This document shows, piece by piece, positions 51,351 to 59,915 of a stretch of 64,000 bases of DNA; within the stretch, counting starts at the first letter, position 1; each line of letters begins with the position of its first letter. The notes under the pieces were generated by a model. That model was not told the origin of the DNA. It was given only the letters and a program-made list of their open reading frames with translations, and searched no databases. The position numbers and the translations under genes are program-made. This DNA is from a candidate division FCPU426 bacterium (GTDB taxonomy: Bacteria; Oederibacteriota; Muellerivitia; Muellerivitales; Muellerivitaceae): NCBI GenBank assembly GCA_963719085.1, contig CAVRAL010000004.1, positions 960,001-1,024,000 of the forward strand, in the 5' to 3' direction.

Positions 51351-53197
51351 GGGGTGCCCGCTCCCGCTTCCAGTTTGGCCCGGACCAAGTTGTTTTGGGC
51401 GTTCAAATTATTGGGGTCAATTTTCAAAGTCTCCTGCCAGTCCTTCACGGCTTCGGCGTTATCTCCGCTTAAATAAGCCCGCAGGCCTTTTTGATAAAGA
51501 TCCTGGGCTTGGCGGGATTGATCGGCGCTCAACTTTTCCGCGGCCCCCGGAGCGGTTTCACTTAGTTTAGCGCCGGCTTGGGCGTTGGAAGGATCCAGCG
51601 CGATCACTTTTTTCCAGTCTTCCCGGGCCAGGTCGGGGCGGCCTTTTTGAGCGTAAAGGTCGGCTTCCAATAAAAGCCGGTCGACCTGGGGATTGGCGGC
51701 GGCCGGGGCGGAGGTTTTTGAAAGCGACCGCGCCAGCTGGGCAAACCAAGGATCGTTCGGATAAAGGGTTTGGCCCTGGGTTAAAAGCTCACCGGCTGTT
51801 TTTCGGTCTCCCTGGGCCAGCGCGGCGAAGGCCCGTGAAAGCAGGTCGTGGGCTTGGGGTTCCGCCGCCGGTCCGGGCGCGGCCGGCTGGTTTTTCAAGC
51901 GAACCGCGGCCGCTTGGTATTGGGGCTGGGTGGGATCCAATTGGGCGGCCCAATCGTCATCCCGCTGGGCTTCCGTCAAGGATCCCTGGGACTCGGCGGT
52001 TTGGCCTAGGGCGAAATACTGCGCGGCTCTTTCCTGGTTGTAATGGGTCAGGGCATCCTGCTTTTCCGAAAGCACCGAAGCGTCATTGGGTTTTATTTTC
52101 AAAGCTTCCAAGTAATACCAAAGCGCGGACCGCCAATTTTTAGCCTGGGCCGCGTCCCGGGCTTTTTCCAAAAACCAACCATAGGGGCCGGCGGTTTGGG
52201 GCGCGACAGGGGGGGAGCCCTTGAAAGTGAGCTCGAGCTCGTAATTGGCCGGAAGGCCCTCGGAATCGATGGAAGGCTCGGTCCCCCAGGAAAAAAGATA
52301 GGCATAGTCCAATTGCAAAAAGGAATTGCTCCATCCGATCCCTAACGCCCCTTGGTTAGCGTCCCCGCCGGCCCGCAAGGCCAGGCCTAAGAAAGGAAGC
52401 CGCCATTCGGCCCCCCCTTGGGTTTCCAGCCCCGCTCCCAGGTCTTGCTGGGACAGGGTCAAGTTCAAGGAACCGGCATCGGCGAGGGAAAGGTCATAGG
52501 CCGCGCCCCAGCGCCAAGCGATAGGGAAGCGGTAAACCCCGATCACGCCTAAGTTGGGTTGGGTGAGATCGTCCGCGGATAAACCCAGGGTTAACGAGGG
52601 AAGGGGTTGATAAAGAATCCCCGCGCCCAGTGAAAAAGCTCCGCCGGAATAATTGGAAACGCCTAGGGAAGAATTAAGGATATAAGCCTGTTTGAGATAG
52701 GAAAATGAGAATCCTATTTGAAAATGTCCGAGTGTTTTTAGCTCGGTGAGGTCCCGCCCCCAAGCCAATTGAAATCGGTCTTGCTGAAGGTTGTTGGACC
52801 CAAAGTGGTCCCAAGCAAGCCCGGCGACGCCCAGATCTTCCAAGGGTAGGGCGGCGGTTAAACCGCTGGTGGAAAGCGAGTCTTGTTCCAAGCCGGGCTC
52901 CAGCGCTTGGTACCGGGCAGAGAGATTCAGGCGGTCGATTAAGCCCAGTCCCGCCGGGTTGAAATAAAAACTTTCAGAACCTTCCGGATCGGCGACCAAA
53001 TTTCCCCCCATGCCCGCCGCGCGGGCGGGCGGATCGAAATCCAAAAAAGCCTCTCGGGATGGAGCGGGCGCCAACAAGATCGCCCACCCGGCCATCGGTG
53101 CCAGAAAAAAGGTGAAAAAACGACGATAACGGAAAACGTTTTTGTTCAAAGCCGGCCCGATTGAAGTAATTTTTTCTTCCCGATCCACGGGTGCCAT
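51347..53197 (-). CDS. PorV/FadL-like outer-membrane beta-barrel fused to C-terminal TPR repeats
   Basis: FLDFDPPARAAGMGG...FYFNPAGL N-terminal motif, amphipathic strands ending LRAG...LDYAY; TPRs with W.E.LKIDP.N; start uncertain. Confidence 0.75.
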   Translation of the reverse strand: MAPVDREEKITSIGPALNKNVFRYRRFFTFFLAPMAGWAILLAPAPSREAFLDFDPPARAAGMGGNLVADPEGSESFYFNPAGLGLIDRLNLSARYQALEPGLEQDSLSTSGLTAALPLEDLGVAGLAWDHFGSNNLQQDRFQLAWGRDLTELKTLGHFQIGFSFSYLKQAYILNSSLGVSNYSGGAFSLGAGILYQPLPSLTLGLSADDLTQPNLGVIGVYRFPIAWRWGAAYDLSLADAGSLNLTLSQQDLGAGLETQGGAEWRLPFLGLALRAGGDANQGALGIGWSNSFLQLDYAYLFSWGTEPSIDSEGLPANYELELTFKGSPPVAPQTAGPYGWFLEKARDAAQAKNWRSALWYYLEALKIKPNDASVLSEKQDALTHYNQERAAQYFALGQTAESQGSLTEAQRDDDWAAQLDPTQPQYQAAAVRLKNQPAAPGPAAEPQAHDLLSRAFAALAQGDRKTAGELLTQGQTLYPNDPWFAQLARSLSKTSAPAAANPQVDRLLLEADLYAQKGRPDLAREDWKKVIALDPSNAQAGAKLSETAPGAAEKLSADQSRQAQDLYQKGLRAYLSGDNAEAVKDWQETLKIDPNNLNAQNNLVRAKLEAGAGTP

Positions 53198-53300
53198 TCT
53201 AAATCTTCAAGCCATTCTAAGTCTTTTTAAACTGCGGCTTTAAAAACTTCGCGGCTTAGGCCCATTTCAAAAGCCCTTTATTAACGATATCCAAGCAAAA

Positions 53301-53320
53301 AAACTTTATCGAAACTTTAT
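53301..53320 (-). promoter_or_regulatory. TAAAG-N6-TAAAG box facing the barrel/kinase/regulator operon
   Basis: AAACTTTATcgAAACTTTAT, 11-bp period. Confidence 0.55.
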
Positions 53321-53368
53321 GGGGGAGGGGGATGCCGAGCTTAGTCTTTTAAGCCGGGTCGGTTCGAT

Positions 53369-53384
53369 TAAAGAAGCCGTAAAG
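53369..53384 (+). promoter_or_regulatory. TAAAG-N6-TAAAG box facing the first PL4 gene
   Basis: TAAAGaagccgTAAAG; TGnTATGAT -10-like element at about 53420-53428. Confidence 0.55.
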
Positions 53385-53493
53385 AGTGCTTTGGGTGGCT
53401 GGGCAAAAAAGTCCACGCTGTTATGATCCGCCTTAAGTGGTTGACGCCGCTTGAAATTTATTTTCTTCCATCGGGAAGCTTTGAGGAAATCTT

Positions 53494-56400
53494 ATGCGCC
53501 TGACTAAAAATGTTTTGAGCTTGGGTTTGAAGACGGCCTTTTTGACGACGGTTTTCCTGGCGGCCTTCACGAACTTATCCTACGCCAATGTTCCCGGGGG
53601 CGGCACGGGTACGGGAGCCAATGTGACCGTGACCCAAAATGGCGCGAACGTCGTGCTGTCCAACGGCATCGTCACCTTCACGATCGACACGACCAACGCC
53701 AATATCACGAACTTCACCTACAACGGAACGAACCTTCTAGCCGGAGGAAGCGGCGGGGGTCACTTTTACATTGACGGCTCGGGTGGACCTACCTTCAACA
53801 ATCCTACTTACACCCTGACGGTGAATCCCGCGGATAACGGCGGCAACCAGGCGGAAGTGTGGCTCCAACAAACGGGCAGCCCCATGGACGCCGCGGCCTA
53901 TTTCGACCTGTTGCGCGGACAACAAGGTTTTTACGACACGGTGATCCTCACCCACCAAGCCAGCTATCCCGACTACCCCGGCGCTGAACTGCGTACGAAC
54001 GTCTATGTGGGTTCCATATTCAACTGGCTGGCCGTGGACCCCTATCGGTTCCGGGAGATGGGATCACCAAGCGACTCATCCATCGCCGTGCCGGGCGCGC
54101 CCAAGGAAGTGACCCAGTGGACCAGTGGGATTTATAACGGGCTTACGGAATGTAAGTATGGTTACAGCGATCCGCTGGGCCAACTCAACGTATGGGGCTG
54201 GGCTTCCACGACCGCTCCCTACGGCATCTGGCAGACGGTTCCCAGCCACGAATACTATGACGGCGGGCCCATGCACCGGGAACTCACCGAGCACATCGGC
54301 AACACCCTGTTGAACATGTTCGGGGGCGGTCATTACGGCTTCGGCTCGGACGGGGACCAACCCGCGGGAACCTTCTCATCCAAGACTTTTGGTCCCGCCT
54401 TTGTTTACGCCAACAAATATGCCGGTTCCTCCAGCGATCCTGTTTCCCTGAAAGCCCAAGTCCTTTGGGCGGATGCCCAAGCCCAGGCGGCGGCGGAGCA
54501 GGCCGCATGGCCTTATACTTGGTTCAAACCCCAACCGATTGCCGGCATGACCGGATCCGCTTATCCCCAGGCCAGCGCCCGCGGCACAGTGAACGGAACC
54601 TTCGCCATTAACGACGCTTTCAATCCAAGCGCCTCGCCCGTGAGCATGTGGATTGGTTTGGCTCCGGTTGACGGCGGGATTGATTTCCAACAGCAGTACC
54701 TGACTTGCCAGTTCTGGGTTAAGACCGGACCCGGCGGCAGCTTCACCATCCCCAACGTTCTGCCGGGAACTTATAATTTGTGGGCCTTTGGTCCGGGCGC
54801 GGCCGGCACCTTTGAAAAGACAAACGTTACCGTGGCCGCCGGCCAGGCCTTGAGCCTTGGCACGGTGACCTGGACTCCCCCCCGCTTAGGGGCCACGGTG
54901 TGGCAGATTGGAATTCCGGACCGCAATTCGAATGAATTCAACAACGGCGAACATTTATTGACGCCTTATACCGGCGTATTGCCGGGCTATGCCGGTGGCG
55001 CGCCGTTCAATACCCCGGCGGCCTGGGGCGCGTTCATGGGTTACTCGAACCAATACCCCAATGGGGTCAGTTTCGTGGCCGGGACCAGCAACTATGCCAC
55101 TGACTGGAATTATGTCCAGCCCACGGTACCCTCCGGAAGCTCCTTTGTCGGATCGACTTCCAAGATCTTTTTTAATTTGGTCACGGCACCCACGGCGGCC
55201 CAACAGGCGAGGCTTTATATTGCTTTCGCGGCGGTCAACAGTGGGGCTTGCATCCTCACCGTCAATGGGGTGGTCCAGACCGGTACGGTTATGGGATCCA
55301 CGGATGGCATCTACGGCGCCATTGGCAATTCGGCTAATGGATTTGTCCCGCCTAACCATAGTTTCGACACTCCCTTACGCCTGGGTTCGAATGGGGCCTG
55401 GGGCGATGCCTACCTGAATTTTCCGGGAACAAGCCTGAAGGCGGGCCGGAATGAGATTGACATCACTCTTCGTCCCACCGGCGGCGCCAGTCTGGGACAA
55501 GGTTTTGAATACGATTATTTGCGCTTGGAACTGACCGGATATGTTTCAGGAACACCCACTTCCACACCGGTGGTTTCCGCTCCCACCAATACACCGACCC
55601 GGACTTTGACATCGACTCCGACTTCAACGGCCACTGCTACGAGAACGGCGACTGCGACAAGCACCGCCACGCCTACCAAGACATCCACGAATACACCGAC
55701 TCGAACCGCCACCATGACTTCAACGGTTACCGCGACGGTAACTAAAACGATTACACCCGTCCCCCCAACCGCTACTCCAACACCTGTGCCGCCCACTGTT
55801 ACCAGAACCCCTACTTTGTTGGTGTCGGCTACGGAAACCGCTACGCCCACCTGGACCTTGAGTCCGGTTCCGCCAACCGTGACCGCCTCGCCTACGGCTA
55901 CACCTTCGTTGACTTCGACATCGACGGTGACGCGCACACCGGTGCCGCCCACGGCTACATTAACGAAAACATTGACGCCGGTTCCTCCGACGGCGACTCA
56001 TACATTGGTTCCGCCGACTTCGACGCTAACTTCGACTCCCACGGTGACCAGGACACCCTTACCGCCCACATTGACGCCCACCTTGGTTCCGACCAATACG
56101 CCTACGGGCACGGGATCCTTGACGGTGTATTTGTTGTCGGGAGTCACGACGAATACCACCAACAGCCCCCATCCCCAGATTGAGGTGAAGAACACGGGGA
56201 CGGCGCCCTTGAACCTGAATAATGTGGAAGTGCGCTACTGGTTCAACTGCGACTGCACGGGCCAATCGATCCAAACCTGGGTGGACTGGGCGGGATGGAT
56301 GCCCGCGGGAAGCACGGTCACGGCGGATGTGCTGACCTCGGTGGTGGCCACGACTTTGGGAGGCCAGACCGATTACGTGAGCTATAAGTTCGCGGGGAAC

Positions 56401-56949
56401 CTGACGCTGCAGCCGGGCCAGAGCGTGCAAATCCAAAGCCGTTTCAACAAGAGCGATTGGAGCAACATGCTTCAGAATAACGACTGGAGCTACACGGCTT
56501 CGACCAGCTTCACCTTGTCGACCAAAATCACCGGATACCTGAACGGATCCCTGATTTGGGGACAGGAACCGGTTGTGACGGCTCCCGCCGCGCAGACGGA
56601 AAACCTTTTGGCTTTCCCGAACCCTTCCACGGGGACGGGAGTGAACCTGTCGGTCAACCTGGGCGGCGCGAGCGCTTCTTCCATTGGGGCCAAATCCGTG
56701 AGTACGTCGCCGGGAATCGATCCGGACGCGCTCGTTACCTTCCGGGCCTATAGCCTGGACGGCCAATTGGTTTGGGTGAAGACCGTGACGGCGGAAAGTT
56801 TGGAATCTTCCGGCACTCACAGCCTCTACTGGAACGAGCGGAACTTGGAAAACCAGTCCTTGTCCAGCGGGATGTACATCGTGGTCGTCGCGGTGAAGTC
56901 GGGGACCCAGTCCAACACCGCGACCACGAAGGTCGTGATTTTAAAATAA
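53494..56949 (+). CDS. Secreted rhamnogalacturonan lyase (PL4) + Thr/Pro linker + CBM3 + T9SS-like CTD
   Basis: ECKYGYS, HEYYDGGPMHRELT, MFGGGHYG, GTYNLWAF, WQIGIPDR, YDYLRLE; CBM3 VKNTG...VRYWF...KSDWSN..QNNDWSY. Confidence 0.88.
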   Translation: MRLTKNVLSLGLKTAFLTTVFLAAFTNLSYANVPGGGTGTGANVTVTQNGANVVLSNGIVTFTIDTTNANITNFTYNGTNLLAGGSGGGHFYIDGSGGPTFNNPTYTLTVNPADNGGNQAEVWLQQTGSPMDAAAYFDLLRGQQGFYDTVILTHQASYPDYPGAELRTNVYVGSIFNWLAVDPYRFREMGSPSDSSIAVPGAPKEVTQWTSGIYNGLTECKYGYSDPLGQLNVWGWASTTAPYGIWQTVPSHEYYDGGPMHRELTEHIGNTLLNMFGGGHYGFGSDGDQPAGTFSSKTFGPAFVYANKYAGSSSDPVSLKAQVLWADAQAQAAAEQAAWPYTWFKPQPIAGMTGSAYPQASARGTVNGTFAINDAFNPSASPVSMWIGLAPVDGGIDFQQQYLTCQFWVKTGPGGSFTIPNVLPGTYNLWAFGPGAAGTFEKTNVTVAAGQALSLGTVTWTPPRLGATVWQIGIPDRNSNEFNNGEHLLTPYTGVLPGYAGGAPFNTPAAWGAFMGYSNQYPNGVSFVAGTSNYATDWNYVQPTVPSGSSFVGSTSKIFFNLVTAPTAAQQARLYIAFAAVNSGACILTVNGVVQTGTVMGSTDGIYGAIGNSANGFVPPNHSFDTPLRLGSNGAWGDAYLNFPGTSLKAGRNEIDITLRPTGGASLGQGFEYDYLRLELTGYVSGTPTSTPVVSAPTNTPTRTLTSTPTSTATATRTATATSTATPTKTSTNTPTRTATMTSTVTATVTKTITPVPPTATPTPVPPTVTRTPTLLVSATETATPTWTLSPVPPTVTASPTATPSLTSTSTVTRTPVPPTATLTKTLTPVPPTATHTLVPPTSTLTSTPTVTRTPLPPTLTPTLVPTNTPTGTGSLTVYLLSGVTTNTTNSPHPQIEVKNTGTAPLNLNNVEVRYWFNCDCTGQSIQTWVDWAGWMPAGSTVTADVLTSVVATTLGGQTDYVSYKFAGNLTLQPGQSVQIQSRFNKSDWSNMLQNNDWSYTASTSFTLSTKITGYLNGSLIWGQEPVVTAPAAQTENLLAFPNPSTGTGVNLSVNLGGASASSIGAKSVSTSPGIDPDALVTFRAYSLDGQLVWVKTVTAESLESSGTHSLYWNERNLENQSLSSGMYIVVVAVKSGTQSNTATTKVVILK
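56107..56949 (+). repeat. CBM3-CTD repeat block, copy A
   Basis: 56107-56599 near-identical to 59055-59547 (offset 2948); CTD part patchily similar to the stop. Confidence 0.9.
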
Positions 56950-57014
56950 AAATGAAATTTGGCCGGGCTTAAACGGAAGCGCGGGTTTGAAAACCGGCAA
57001 GAGGAGGCTCGAAA

Positions 57015-59891
57015 ATGAAAATTTTTAAGACCGGGTTTTTAAGCGTGGCCATTCTGCTTTTGGCGGGGAATTTTTTCGCCCTGCGAGCCCAAACCAACAT
57101 CACCGTCAACGCTTCGACGGCGGTGGGGACGGTTCCATCAGAAATTTACGGCAATAATATGGCCCCCTGGGTCGGCACCAACAACGGGTCCGATTCAACC
57201 TATAACACCGCCATGCAGGTTTCGGGAAGCCGAAATATCCGCTGGCCGGGGGGGTCTTGGGCCGATATCTTGAACTGGAACAACATCACCTGCAAAGACA
57301 GCTTTGACGTCACGACTTCCCAATATATTTCCTTCCTGCAGAAATTCGGCGGGGTCATGCATCCGATCGTGAATTTCAGCGGCAATTGGTGCGGCACCCA
57401 ATTTACCCACGCGCAGGCGGTGAGCCTGGCCGCCGCCTGGGTCAGTTGGAACATCACCAACGCCGGATCGGCCCGCGCCAAATATTGGGATGTGGGCAAT
57501 GAAAATTACGGCAGTTGGGAACAGGGGGGACAGGGATCGGCCGGAAGCACCCTGACGGGAACCGTTTACGGGAATTATTTTGTCGATTATTACAAGGCGA
57601 TGAAGGCCGCCGATCCCACCATTCTGGTCGGGGCGGTGGTTTCCCCGGGCTCCGGCGATTACAACGGCTGGACACAAAAGGTCTTGACCGCCTGTAAAAA
57701 CGGGGGGGTCACTCCCGATTATTTGATTGTCCACCAATACCCCGGCCCTTCGGGGACCGGTTCCACGGTGGACTCCCAATCCTTGGCCAATCTTTCCCTG
57801 CCCGGCAGCTCCAAGGCCAGCTTGGACAGCCTGGTCTCCCAAACCTTTGGAAGCGCGGAGGTCGGCAAGATTAAGTATTACAATGACGAATACAACATCA
57901 ACAACGGGCTCAGCATCCTGATGAACGAGTATGTCAACGCGATGTTCTGTTCCCAATGGATGCTGGAGTCGGCTAAAAACGGCTGGATCGGCTGTAACCT
58001 GTGGGCCACCAAGAATGGCGGCTCCCCCGATTTTGGTTTCATCAACACCAGCACGGACGTGCCTTTCCCGAATTACTATGTTTTCCCTATGCTGTCCGGG
58101 AAGTTCGGCCAGAATATGGTCGCCTGCAACAGCTCGGCCTCCATCGTGCGTTCTTACGCGGCCACCGACGCTTCCGGCAACTTGACCCTCTATATGGTGA
58201 ACAACAACCCGACGGCTTCCGAAAACGCGACAATCTCCATCGCGGGATTTAATCCCGCCGCTTCCGGCAACGCCTGGGTGATGTTGCCCTCGGGCACGTC
58301 TTCCACGGGGGCTCCCCAGGAAGCGCCGGGCCTGCAGATCAATGGCCACGCGAATCCGACGCCCGCCAGCCTTGCTTCTATCGCGGGTACGGTTCAAGCC
58401 ACTGGATCGAATTTCACCCTGAGCCTTCAGCCCAACGAAATGTTGCTGATGGTCATTCCGCCTTCAACGGCCCGCCCGACAGCCACCTTTACGCCGCTTC
58501 CGCCGACGGCGACTCGCACGTCAACAGCCGTACCTACAAAGACCTGGACTCCGTCCTCTACGGCCACACCTTCTGCGACGAAGACAAATACACCAGTTCC
58601 GCCAACGGCCACTTCGACGAAGACCTTGACCTCCACGCCGACGGCAACTTGGACGGCAACCGCTAGCGCGACGAAGACGATTACACCCGTTCCGCCAACG
58701 GTAACTTCGACCGCAAGTGCGACCAAAACGGCCACGGTTCCGCCTTTCACCGCCACTTCCACATCTACTGAAACCTTGGCGGTGTCCGTGACCGTGACGG
58801 ATACGCCTACCTGGACCCCAAGTCCCGTTCCGCCAACCTTAACCGCCTCGCCTACGGCTTCGGCGACGCCTTTGCCGCCAACGGCAACCTCGACCACGAC
58901 AGCGACGGTGACGCGCACACCGGTGCCGCCCACGGCTACCTTTACGGCGACCTTGACGAGGACGCCGATTCCACCGACAGCGACTTTCACGAGGACCTCA
59001 GTGCCACCGACTTCGACGCCCACTCTGGCGCCGACGAATACGGCGACTCCCGCCGGCACGGGATCCTTGACGGTGTATTTGTTGTCGGGAGTCACGGCGA
59101 ATACCACCAACAGCCCTCATCCCCAGATTGAGGTGAAGAACACGGGGACGGCGCCCTTGAACCTGAATAATGTGGAAGTGCGCTACTGGTTCAACTGCGA
59201 CTGCACGGGCCAATCGATCCAAACCTGGGTGGACTGGGCGGGATGGATGCCCGCGGGAAGCACGGTCACGGCGGATGTGCTGACCTCGGTGGTGGCCACG
59301 ACTTTGGGTGGCCAGACCGATTACGTGAGCTATAAGTTCGCGGGGAACCTGACGCTGCAGCCGGGCCAGAGCGTGCAAATCCAAAGCCGCTTCAACAAGA
59401 GCGATTGGAGCAACATGCTTCAGAATAACGACTGGAGCTACTCGGCTTCGACCAGCTTCACCTTGTCGACCAAAATCACCGGATACCTGAACGGATCCCT
59501 GATTTGGGGCCAGGAACCGGTTGTGACGGCTCCGGCCGCGCAGACGGCCAATGTGGTGGCATTCCCGAACCCTTCCACGGGGAACGGAGTGAACCTGTCG
59601 GTGAATGTGACCGGAAGCGCCTCCTCGATCGGGGCGAAAGCCGTCAGCACATCGCCGGGAATTGATCCGAGCGGGGTCCTGACCTTCCGGGCTTACAGCT
59701 TGGACGGACAATTGGTCTGGGTGAAGACCGTGGAGGAGAGCAGTTTCGAGTCCTCGGGCCACAGCCTCTACTGGAACGAGCGGAACTTGGAAAACCAGTC
59801 CTTGTCCAGCGGGATGTACATCGTGGTCGTCGCGGTGAAGTCCGGGGTTCAGTCCAGCACCTCGACCGTGAAAGTCGCGATTTTAAAATAA
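57015..59891 (+). CDS. Secreted clan GH-A glycoside hydrolase (GH51-like) + Thr/Pro linker + CBM3 + T9SS-like CTD
   Basis: IRWPGGS, KYWDVGNENYG, VHQYP, DEYN; C-terminal beta-sandwich; family uncertain. Confidence 0.75.
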   Translation: MKIFKTGFLSVAILLLAGNFFALRAQTNITVNASTAVGTVPSEIYGNNMAPWVGTNNGSDSTYNTAMQVSGSRNIRWPGGSWADILNWNNITCKDSFDVTTSQYISFLQKFGGVMHPIVNFSGNWCGTQFTHAQAVSLAAAWVSWNITNAGSARAKYWDVGNENYGSWEQGGQGSAGSTLTGTVYGNYFVDYYKAMKAADPTILVGAVVSPGSGDYNGWTQKVLTACKNGGVTPDYLIVHQYPGPSGTGSTVDSQSLANLSLPGSSKASLDSLVSQTFGSAEVGKIKYYNDEYNINNGLSILMNEYVNAMFCSQWMLESAKNGWIGCNLWATKNGGSPDFGFINTSTDVPFPNYYVFPMLSGKFGQNMVACNSSASIVRSYAATDASGNLTLYMVNNNPTASENATISIAGFNPAASGNAWVMLPSGTSSTGAPQEAPGLQINGHANPTPASLASIAGTVQATGSNFTLSLQPNEMLLMVIPPSTARPTATFTPLPPTATRTSTAVPTKTWTPSSTATPSATKTNTPVPPTATSTKTLTSTPTATWTATASATKTITPVPPTVTSTASATKTATVPPFTATSTSTETLAVSVTVTDTPTWTPSPVPPTLTASPTASATPLPPTATSTTTATVTRTPVPPTATFTATLTRTPIPPTATFTRTSVPPTSTPTLAPTNTATPAGTGSLTVYLLSGVTANTTNSPHPQIEVKNTGTAPLNLNNVEVRYWFNCDCTGQSIQTWVDWAGWMPAGSTVTADVLTSVVATTLGGQTDYVSYKFAGNLTLQPGQSVQIQSRFNKSDWSNMLQNNDWSYSASTSFTLSTKITGYLNGSLIWGQEPVVTAPAAQTANVVAFPNPSTGNGVNLSVNVTGSASSIGAKAVSTSPGIDPSGVLTFRAYSLDGQLVWVKTVEESSFESSGHSLYWNERNLENQSLSSGMYIVVVAVKSGVQSSTSTVKVAILK
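59055..59891 (+). repeat. CBM3-CTD repeat block, copy B
   Basis: Matches 56107-56949. Confidence 0.9.
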
Positions 59892-59915
59892 CGGTAAGAA
59901 AAGATTTGGTGATAA

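Noticed and set aside
851..59762. Long opposite-strand or alternate-frame ORFs (851-1645, 25390-26418, 38036-39658, 41844-43106, 57195-58397, 58998-59762)
   Set aside because: Fully overlap well-supported genes and show no motifs; expected in GC-rich DNA
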